DNA from: an uncultured archaeon
Lineage (GTDB): Archaea > Iainarchaeota > Iainarchaeia > Iainarchaeales > CSSED10-239
Assembly (NCBI GenBank): GCA_964496765.1
Contig: CAZCAP010000001.1
Span: 63,609 to 95,608 of the forward strand
DNA: 32,000 bases
Direction of reading: 5' to 3'
Positions 23,914-30,998 of the stretch are shown piece after piece (within the stretch, counting starts at the first letter, position 1; every line of letters begins with the position of its first letter). Under the pieces are notes generated by a model. That model was not told where the DNA came from. It did no database searches and saw nothing but the letters and a program-made list of their open reading frames with translations. Position numbers and translations under genes: made by a program.

Positions 23914-25411
23914 AGGAGGTGATCCGTCCGCAGGTTCCCCTACGGACACCTTGTTACAACTTAGTCTGTCTCGCGGGATATAGAATTACTTCGACCTCTA
24001 AAGATTGAAGTTCATCCACACTCCACTCAACTGGCTTGATGGGCGGTGTGTGCAAGGCGCAGGGACATATTCACCGCGCGATAGTGACACGCGATTACTG
24101 GGGATTCCAGCTTCATGAGGGTGAGTTGCAACCCTCAATCCGGACTTGGATTACGTTTCTGTGATTGCCACCCCCTTTCGGGTTAGAGACACATTGTCGT
24201 AACCATTGTATGCCGCGTGTTGCCCAGGACATTAGCGCTATACAGACCTACCTTCGCCCATTCCTTCCTCATTGTTACCAATGCAGTCTTATTAGAGTGC
24301 CTCTCCATCATAAAGAAAGAAAGTAGCAACTAATAATATGGGTCTCGCCCGTTACCTGAGTTAACAGGAAGCTTCGCAGTACGAGCTGACGATGGCCATA
24401 CAGCAGCTTTCAGCGTATCAGGTAAACCCTTCAGATTGACCGTCATCTGGCTGTCAGCCCTGGTGAGATATCTGGCGTTTCATCCAATTAAACCGCAGCA
24501 TCCACCCCTTGTAGTGCACCCCCGCCAATTCCATTAAGTTTCAGTCTTGCGACCATACTTCCCAGGTGGTGGATTTAATGATTTCTCTTCGGCCCTGAGT
24601 TAACTCGTAGTTAACCCAACACCTAATCCACATCGTTTACAGCTGGGACTAACCGGGTATCTAATCCGGGTTGCGCCCCCAGCTTTCGTGTCTCATTGTC
24701 AGATTAGTTCTCGTTTGGCGCCTTCGCCACAGGTGGTCCTCCTAGTATCTTAAGATTCTACTCCTACTCTAGGAATACCCCAAACGTCTCCCTATCTCTA
24801 GTTCTGTCAGTATCTTTTGCAATTCAACTGATTAAGTCAGCTGCTTTCACAAAAGACTTAACAAACCAACTACACACGCTTTAAACCAAATAATGCTGGA
24901 TACCACTCGGGGATTACGTATTACCGCGGCGGCTGGCACGCATATTGCCCCCCCCTTATTCGTATTGTTATCGACACAATACAAAAGCTTACGAATGTAA
25001 GCACTTGGAATTCCTTTATCACGGTTTCCCGCATTGTAAAATTTTCGTAACTGCTGCACCCCGTAGGGCTAGGAACATTATCTCAGTTTCCTTCTCCGGG
25101 CTCCCTCTCTCAAGGCCCGTACAGATCTTCGGCTTGGTAGGCAATTACCCTGCCAACTACCTAATCTGACGCAGTCCCATCTTTTCGCACTTAAATCTAC
25201 ATGACAACTTAAGCCTTTGAAAAATCAATCATTCCAGATTTGATTTTCTATAGAGCATTATCCTTAGTTTCCCAAGTTTTACTCTTCAAAAAGGTAGGTT
25301 GACTACGCGTTACTGAGCCGTTCGCCAAAGTTCATCATGGTTAGAACTTTTAGACTTGCATGTCTTAGTCGAATTCCAATAGCAGTACCCACCAGCAGGA
25401 TCAGCTGGAAT
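23914..25411 (-). rRNA. rrs: 16S (SSU) rRNA, archaeal, complete (~1.5 kb)
   Basis: The minus strand starts ATTCCAGCTGATCCTGCTGG...GGCGAACGGCTCAGTAACGCGT. It contains GTGCCAGCCGCCGCGGTAA, ATTAGATACCCGGTTAGTCC and TGCACACACCGCCCATC, and ends ...GGGGAACCTGCGGACGGATCACCTCCT. Confidence 0.97.
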
Positions 25412-25697
25412 TGGTATTAATTATTATGCACACAAAGATATTTTGTAAATTTGCACAAATTGCTTTTGTTTAGCTATTTGTTTCGTCTTCTCCCAACATC
25501 AGACTCAAAAAAATTTGAGACCTCATCATTATACAAGATCCACAGTTTTACCTAAAATAGATTTAGATAAAAAAGAAACTTGATATTACCTCATTTGAAA
25601 AATTCAAACGCGGTAATATAATAATGGAGTAGAAATGTTTATAAAGGTATATGTCGTTTTCCTCAGAAAAAGAAAGATTTCGGGTAGACCTATAACC

Positions 25698-26177
25698 TTA
25701 TTTAGTTAATTTTTCAAGAAATCTTATTTTTTTAAGATATTTCTTATTTCCTCTTAATAAGTATATATACCTATACATTTTAAGAAGCATTCCTAATTTA
25801 ACAACAATTACCTTATTTTTTTTGTATATTATTGTTTCTCTAAGCCTATAATCTTCAAGAACAGATAAAGCAAGCTTATCATAGGATCCTTTCTTGAAAG
25901 CCATTATATCTATTTCTGTTCCAAACAATTGAAAATCAAATCTTCCACCAGTGTCTGATTTATAATCCTTTGAATTAAATGTAACTTCTTTTATCTTAGA
26001 AAGAACATTATCTATCTTCCTTAAATCTTTATAAAAAATAAATATATCAATGTCATTTGCTATTTTTCTAAGCCCTCTTATCTTTAGAGACAAAGATCCA
26101 AACACAAAATAAGTTATTTTTTCTTTGTTAAATAAATCAATTATAAAAAATAGAGCTTTATTAAAATTTTTCTTCAT
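25698..26177 (-). CDS. Small nucleotidyltransferase-fold protein, Lnu/ANT(2'')-like
   Basis: ITYFVFGSLSLKIRGLRKIANDIDIFI gives the G-S...D-x-D Pol-beta NTase signature, with a third acidic residue in EIDIMAF. The N-terminal KALFFIIDLFNKEKITYFV resembles the lincosamide nucleotidyltransferase LnuA N-terminus as I remember it. Confidence 0.55.
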   Translation of the reverse strand: MKKNFNKALFFIIDLFNKEKITYFVFGSLSLKIRGLRKIANDIDIFIFYKDLRKIDNVLSKIKEVTFNSKDYKSDTGGRFDFQLFGTEIDIMAFKKGSYDKLALSVLEDYRLRETIIYKKNKVIVVKLGMLLKMYRYIYLLRGNKKYLKKIRFLEKLTK

Positions 26178-26185
26178 TGATTATC

Positions 26186-26653
26186 CTAATTTTTTTTATT
26201 TTTAGATAGTATTTCTTTTGCAATTTTTTGTCTTTTCTTAATATCCATTTTAGGCCCAACTAATGTAGTTATATATCCAGGATATTTTTCAAAATAAATA
26301 TTACCTGACAACTCTCCAAACTTGGAATCATCAATTTTGGGCATAGGGTATAATTTAGTATGAATGTGATTTACTCCTTGCCCTTCAAAAACCATTGCAA
26401 CCCTCTTAACCCCTAATCCTTTTTCAAGAATCTTTGCAACCTTCTTTGAAATTAATAGTAACTTTGTATATACGCTAGGAGATAAATCAAAAACATAAGA
26501 ACCATAATGTTCTTTTGTTAATACAAGAGTTGCACCTTTTATATTTGGGTGGGCATCTAAAATAGCAATAAAAATTTTATCTTCATATATGATTGCAGCT
26601 TCAAGTTCCTTCTTTGCAATCTTACAAAACACACAATCAGATTTTTGCTTCAT
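26186..26653 (-). CDS. HIT-family protein with a variant histidine triad (H-I-H-T-K)
   Basis: CVFCKI...IYEDKIFIAILDAHPNIKGATLVLTKEH is the HIT N-terminal half. The triad region reads GQGVNHIHTKLYP, with Lys replacing the third His (verified on DNA). An 8-nt gap separates it from the downstream NTase gene. Confidence 0.75.
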   Translation of the reverse strand: MKQKSDCVFCKIAKKELEAAIIYEDKIFIAILDAHPNIKGATLVLTKEHYGSYVFDLSPSVYTKLLLISKKVAKILEKGLGVKRVAMVFEGQGVNHIHTKLYPMPKIDDSKFGELSGNIYFEKYPGYITTLVGPKMDIKKRQKIAKEILSKNKKN

Positions 26654-26743
26654 AATTGTCCAATAAATATAACACTAACCTTAATAATAAATAGTTTTTT
26701 AAAAAAAAGGAAAAATAAAAAAAGAAAAGTGCTTCATTTAAAT

Positions 26744-26875
26744 TTATGAAGCAGCTTTCTTTCTTAAGTATCTTCTCTCTCTCTTCTTCTCTCTCATCTT
26801 CTTCTTCTTCCATTTCCATCTTTCTCTGGATCTGGTTTTCTTAAACCTACTAGAATCTTTTTTTCTCGTACCCAT
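26744..26875 (-). CDS. Very basic 43-aa peptide, ribosomal protein L41e-like with an N-terminal extension
   Basis: MGTRKKDSSRFKKTRSRERWKWKKKKMREKKRERRYLRKKAAS. The core KWKKKKMRxKKRxRR resembles the eukaryotic/archaeal L41e sequence KWRKKRMRRLKRKRRKMR. It is in a different frame from the acidic 60-aa track ORF 26637-26819. Confidence 0.45.
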   Translation of the reverse strand: MGTRKKDSSRFKKTRSRERWKWKKKKMREKKRERRYLRKKAAS

Positions 26876-27043
26876 TTTTTTCACTTCACATTTTATTAAT
26901 CATTATTTATTTTTGGGAATAGAATACTTTTCTTTGTTTCAGAATAACTTATTGTTTCTTCTTCCCTTTTCATGGTTTATTTTTTTATTTTAAACCATTG
27001 TACATCAACCATCGCCTGTTAATCTGGCGTGCAATTGAGGCTA

Positions 27044-27117
27044 TGCCCCGAATGGGATTCGGACCCATGTTGTCGGCTTGAAAGGCCAAAGTGATTACCG
27101 GGCTACACTATCGGGGC
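27044..27117 (-). tRNA. tRNA-Glu(UUC)
   Basis: Manual fold: acceptor GCCCCGA/TCGGGGC, anticodon stem TTGGC/GCCGA, loop CTTTCAA, T arm ATGGG-TCCGAAT-CCCAT, discriminator A. The T-loop has C at position 55. Confidence 0.88.
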
Positions 27118-27291
27118 ATATATTAACAGCTCTAGATGTAAAATAATAATAAATTACAAAAACAGCCTAATATAATTAAAGAAGCGATTTATTTATATAT
27201 TATTTGTTTTCTATAATATTAAAGGTAATCTAATTATATTTTAAGAAAGTATTAATTTTAACCTAAAACCATGGAGTATGAGTGAAAATTT

Positions 27292-27444
27292 ATGGAAACA
27301 TTAGCAAAAGAAAGAAGATTAAAAAATATGTGGGTTTGCATGGCCTGTAATGGAGTATCACGTGCAAAGCTAAAACCTACTTTTTGTAAAAGATGTGGCT
27401 CCATTAGAATGAGAGCAAAGAAGAAAGGAAAGAGAACAAAGTAA
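27292..27444 (+). CDS. rpl40e: Ribosomal protein L40e
   Basis: METLAKERRLKNMWVCMACNGVSRAKLKPTFCKRCGSIRMRAKKKGKRTK is 50 aa with a CxxC...CxxC zinc ribbon and a basic tail, matching the archaeal L40e pattern (iCmkCnarn...a..CrkCg...lR.K.k). It falls below the track's length cut-off. Confidence 0.8.
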   Translation: METLAKERRLKNMWVCMACNGVSRAKLKPTFCKRCGSIRMRAKKKGKRTK

Positions 27445-27472
27445 ATTTAACTTTGTTTTTTTATTTTTTATT

Positions 27473-28513
27473 TCAAAACCATTTATTTATTGTTCTTTGT
27501 TTATCTTTTTCTTCTCTTGCTTTAATATATTCATCAAGTTGATTCTTTATTCTATCACTTGAGAATCCAGCCTTATTAATTAATATATTTTCAATCTCTT
27601 CTCTTGAAAAACTACCTTTCTTTATTTCAGGAGAAGGAGTTATATTTGGATTTCTAAATATTTTTTCTATTTCTTTATAATTAAATGGAATGTCTTTTCC
27701 TTTTTCTTTCAGATATTCATCTATCTCTTCAAAGGAACTATATTTTTGTACTAACTTATAAGCAGTTTGTGGACCTATACCCTGTACCTTTTCATTAAAA
27801 TCAGTCCCTATTAGGATTGATAACCACAATAATTTATCATAGGTTAGATTAAGTTTAGTGTATATACAATCAGCATGAATAATCTCTGGGCTAACATCAA
27901 CATATACATTTTTATGTGGTATTTTTTTCTTTCCAGAAACAGCAACGTTCTTTAGAAGATGGGGTGAACCAAAGAGAATACAATCATAATCTTGTGAAAT
28001 AGTATAATCAAGCAAATTATTATTTGTTAGATAAGATATTTGAGCTTCTGCTTCTCCAGGAGCATCAATATAGGACAACCCCATTGCAAGAATCAGCTCC
28101 TTTGCTTCATTAATTATCTTAGAATCAATGGTTGCTGCTTGACGAGCAAACTTATTCATGTCCTGTAAATTGCCTTCATCATATGCTTTTTGATAATTTT
28201 CTTTTGCGACTTCTCTTTTTCCTCGTCTATAATCTTTTGTTTGTTTTTTAAGCTCATGACTAACTCCATCAAAAACAAAAGTTATGTGTGGAGTATACTT
28301 TGAAATGTTCATAAACCTATAGAATAAACCAGAATAATGACTTGTTATCTCTCCTCTTTCATTCTTAAGAGGCTCACCATCAATCCCTCTAATGGTTGTA
28401 ACAAATTGAAATAAAACATTATAGGCATCAAAACCTAGTCTCTTATTTTTAAGATTATTTAAATCAAACTTAGTTTTACAGGAATCAATAAGTCCAGAAA
28501 ATGCAATACCCAT
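27473..28513 (-). CDS. fen: Flap endonuclease 1 (FEN-1)
   Basis: MGIAFSGLI... is the typical FEN-1 start, preceded by GGAGAAGAATTT. The XPG-N/I motifs are VFDG, GEAEAQ and DYDCILFG, with a helix-3turn-helix (GTDFN...GIGPQTA). I discarded the track ORF's 16-codon N-terminal extension. Confidence 0.93.
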   Translation of the reverse strand: MGIAFSGLIDSCKTKFDLNNLKNKRLGFDAYNVLFQFVTTIRGIDGEPLKNERGEITSHYSGLFYRFMNISKYTPHITFVFDGVSHELKKQTKDYRRGKREVAKENYQKAYDEGNLQDMNKFARQAATIDSKIINEAKELILAMGLSYIDAPGEAEAQISYLTNNNLLDYTISQDYDCILFGSPHLLKNVAVSGKKKIPHKNVYVDVSPEIIHADCIYTKLNLTYDKLLWLSILIGTDFNEKVQGIGPQTAYKLVQKYSSFEEIDEYLKEKGKDIPFNYKEIEKIFRNPNITPSPEIKKGSFSREEIENILINKAGFSSDRIKNQLDEYIKAREEKDKQRTINKWF

Positions 28514-28591
28514 AAATTCTTCTCCTAACATAATTGGATACAGAAAAGCATTTAAAAACATGCTTATTATATATTATATATAAACAAATCT

Positions 28592-28663
28592 GCATCTATA
28601 GTACAGTGGTTAGTATGAGAGCCCTCCAAGCTTTAGACTCGAGTTCGAATCTCGATAGATGCA
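28592..28663 (+). tRNA. tRNA-Gly(UCC) with C at position 33
   Basis: Manual fold: acceptor GCATCTA/TAGATGC, D arm GTAC/GTAT, anticodon stem AGAGC/GCTTT, loop CCTCCAA, T arm TCGAG-TTCGAAT-CTCGA, discriminator A. Confidence 0.75.
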
Positions 28664-28720
28664 CTCTCAAATTTATATATTATAAGAAATTTATTTTTTT
28701 CTTAAAAAAGGTTTAAAGGT

Positions 28721-29947
28721 ATGAGGCTCAGATTTGCTAAATTTGGAAAAATAAGAGAAAACATTAAATCAACTAGTTCTAGAAAAATAAATAACACATC
28801 AACTAAAGAAAGAATTGCTAATAACACAAGCTTCAGTAGAAAATTAACTTCAACTAGCAATCTATCTATTAAGAAAAAAATACTTGCTGCACAAAAATTA
28901 GCAAAAACATTACCTTCATTAAAACAAAAGGAGCCAGCTAAACCATCTATTAAAAAAAAAATCAAACAAATTAGTAGGCCCCCACTAGTAAATGAACATA
29001 TATCAAAAACTAAAATTAATCCAATTAATAATTTACACGATCTAATTTCTCAAAAGAAACAATTGATTCATAATCACATTGAATGGATATGGACTGAATA
29101 TAATAAAAAAAGGTTAGCCAAAGATAAAAGAATAAGCACAACGATAATTTATGAAACACTAAAAGCAAAAGAACTATTGAAAGAAACAGAACCTCTTGAG
29201 ATAAAAGTAACTAGTCATTATGATGTAGAAATAGAAGAACTAAAGAAAGAATTAAAAGAATATGAGGAAAACCCTGAACGGATTGTATTTAAAATTAAAA
29301 AAGAAGAAGCAAAAATAAGGGACCTTGATGAGAAAATTAAAAAAATAAACCTTCAATCTATTATTGATGAACGTAACATCTTACATAATGAGCTTACGGT
29401 ACTCTCAAAGTTAAACCAAGAACACCATCATCTAAGAGATGAATTTACTAAACAAAAATATGTTCGTGATGGAAAATTGAACGTAATTGCATTACTAAAG
29501 GAAAAGTTAGATTCAATCTGTAAAGAACATAAAGTAACAGGAAGGTTAAAGATAGCATTAAACTCTTTGGTTGATAATTATACAGTTAAATATTTTAAAC
29601 AAGATATAATTAATCACATGAAATATAGAAATCAAAGAATAGATGAACTAGACCTAAAATATTCACAAAAGGAACATGAACTTAAACCATTACTTTTTGA
29701 GAAAGAAAATATTGAAAAAAATATCAATTATCAAAAGAAACATTTACCCGTTCATCAAAGAATTGTAAAAAAATATGAGATAAGAAGAGAAATAGATGAT
29801 CTTGAAGGATTAAGAAGAAGAGAAATAAACCAAATAAAGGTTGAAAAAACAAATGAACAAATCTATTCTCAAAAATTAGATCAAGCAAGAAAATTAGCCA
29901 AAATTGAAAATAGATTATATAAACTTATTAATTATATTAAAAAATAG
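28721..29947 (+). CDS. Lys/Glu-rich coiled-coil protein (408 aa), unknown function
   Basis: The N-terminal ~100 aa are basic, Ser/Thr-rich and low-complexity. Long heptad-like K/E-rich segments follow. No enzymatic motifs were seen. Confidence 0.6.
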   Translation: MRLRFAKFGKIRENIKSTSSRKINNTSTKERIANNTSFSRKLTSTSNLSIKKKILAAQKLAKTLPSLKQKEPAKPSIKKKIKQISRPPLVNEHISKTKINPINNLHDLISQKKQLIHNHIEWIWTEYNKKRLAKDKRISTTIIYETLKAKELLKETEPLEIKVTSHYDVEIEELKKELKEYEENPERIVFKIKKEEAKIRDLDEKIKKINLQSIIDERNILHNELTVLSKLNQEHHHLRDEFTKQKYVRDGKLNVIALLKEKLDSICKEHKVTGRLKIALNSLVDNYTVKYFKQDIINHMKYRNQRIDELDLKYSQKEHELKPLLFEKENIEKNINYQKKHLPVHQRIVKKYEIRREIDDLEGLRRREINQIKVEKTNEQIYSQKLDQARKLAKIENRLYKLINYIKK

Positions 29948-29957
29948 AGGAATTAAT

Positions 29958-30359
29958 ATGAAAGATTGTATATTTTGTAAAATTAAGAAAGAAAAGGTTC
30001 CTTGTCACAAAGTTTATGAGGACAAGGATTTTATTGCTTTCCTGGACATCAATCCAATTGCAAAAGGGCATACTCTAGTTATTCCAAAGAAGCATTTCAC
30101 AAACGTTCTTGATGCTGATGATAAATTACTTAAAAAATTACTTCCAGTGATTAAAAAGATAATGTTGAACCACAAAGAAAAACTTAATTGTGATGGATTC
30201 AATATCCTAAATGCAAATGAAAAAGCAGGCCAACAATCAGTATTCCATCTCCACTTCCATATCATTCCAAGATTTAATGATGATGGGTATAACACATGGC
30301 CAATAACAGGATATGAAAACGAAGATCTTACAGAATTATCTGAAAAATTAAAATTGTGA
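29958..30359 (+). CDS. HIT-family nucleotide hydrolase (Hint-like), canonical triad
   Basis: MKDCIFCKI...VYEDKDFIAFLDINPIAKGHTLVIPKKH...GQQSVFHLHFHIIPR. The ATG at 29958 is preceded by tagagg. I discarded the longer track ORF start at 29904, which overlaps the previous gene. Confidence 0.9.
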   Translation: MKDCIFCKIKKEKVPCHKVYEDKDFIAFLDINPIAKGHTLVIPKKHFTNVLDADDKLLKKLLPVIKKIMLNHKEKLNCDGFNILNANEKAGQQSVFHLHFHIIPRFNDDGYNTWPITGYENEDLTELSEKLKL

Positions 30360-30365
30360 GAAGCT

Positions 30366-30995
30366 ATGCCAATAAACAGAAGAAGTGTACTTTTAAATGA
30401 ATTAAAAAGAATAAAACCAAAAACAAATAATGGAAAACACGTATATGATCTTGATAAAAGACATCTAGTTCTTGATTACAAACACTCACCTTCTAATCCC
30501 ATAGGTAAACCAATATCTCTTAATAGTTTGTCCGCAATTAAAGAAGGATACAAAAGATTAATTCAAATACAAAAACAAAAAAATAAGCAACTTATCTTAG
30601 ACATGGAAACTGCAAACAAGCTGCTTAGAGAGGAAGGAATACCAACAACTAGAGAGAAACCAAGAGAGTACAATCAAGCTATTAGAGAAAAATTAGTGAA
30701 ATCAATATCAGAACATGCAGAACATGAACAAAAAGAATTAAATATAAAAATTAAACAAATTCTTGATAAAACAAAAAGCTCAAGACAATTATTGGAACAA
30801 TATAACAGGCTCCAGGATATTTTAATCTCCAAAATAAACTCTCAATTTAGAACTAGGGGTAAATTAATAGACCCAAGAGGAGAGATATTTAAAAGAAATG
30901 CACTTAGAGAGATTACAACAATTTTAGAAAACACAAACCCAAACAATATACCTACTGCTCTTAATCGTATACAATTAATTATTATTAATTGGTAA
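30366..30995 (+). CDS. Hypothetical basic helical protein (209 aa)
   Basis: The ORF starts 6 nt after the HIT stop. It is K/E/Q-rich and probably helical or coiled-coil. No motifs were recognised. Confidence 0.5.
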   Translation: MPINRRSVLLNELKRIKPKTNNGKHVYDLDKRHLVLDYKHSPSNPIGKPISLNSLSAIKEGYKRLIQIQKQKNKQLILDMETANKLLREEGIPTTREKPREYNQAIREKLVKSISEHAEHEQKELNIKIKQILDKTKSSRQLLEQYNRLQDILISKINSQFRTRGKLIDPRGEIFKRNALREITTILENTNPNNIPTALNRIQLIIINW

Positions 30996-30998
30996 TAA

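Noticed and set aside
24847-25169. Track ORFs 24847-25059 (-) and 24945-25169 (+)
   Set aside because: Both lie entirely inside the 16S rRNA gene. They are chance frames in GC-richer structural RNA.
26637-26819. Acidic 60-aa ORF MEMEEEEDEREEE...
   Set aside because: After the purine-repeat segment it continues through AT-rich intergenic sequence into the HIT gene start. The alternative frame gives a compact L41e-like basic peptide, which I prefer, though only moderately.
26950-26995. Hairpin atggttta-(11 nt)-taaaccat downstream of tRNA-Glu as a terminator or small RNA
   Set aside because: It is an AT-only 8-bp stem. Archaeal termination mainly uses oligo-T tracts, and there is no conserved C/D or H/ACA box pattern around it.
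27016-27130. 8-bp inverted repeat (ctgttaat at 27016-27023 / attaacag at 27123-27130) flanking tRNA-Glu, possibly a leader-trailer processing helix
   Set aside because: It is only 8 bp and AT-rich, so a chance occurrence within ~100 nt is plausible in this composition. No bulge-helix-bulge was evident.
28514-28561. N-terminal 16-codon extension of FEN-1 (MFLNAFLYPIMLGEEF...), and similar 5' extensions at 29904-29957, 9766-9780 and 4645-4683
   Set aside because: In each case an internal ATG has a better SD-like context. For fen, the canonical HIT gene and the repeat protein the shorter start also gives the family-typical or better-supported N-terminus (MGIAFSGL for FEN-1, MKDCIFCKI for HIT). 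I adopted the shorter starts.
28534-28716. Track ORF 28534-28716 (+)
   Set aside because: It spans the fen-tRNA intergenic region and reads straight through tRNA-Gly (28592-28663).
28702-28965. 87-aa minus-strand ORF, and similarly 30014-30295 (-), 31391-31621 (-) and 9861-10064 (-)
   Set aside because: They are antisense to longer plus-strand genes (the coiled-coil protein, HIT, Memo and the 236-aa protein). The HIT and Memo frames are motif-supported. The coiled-coil and 236-aa frames are preferred on length and start context.
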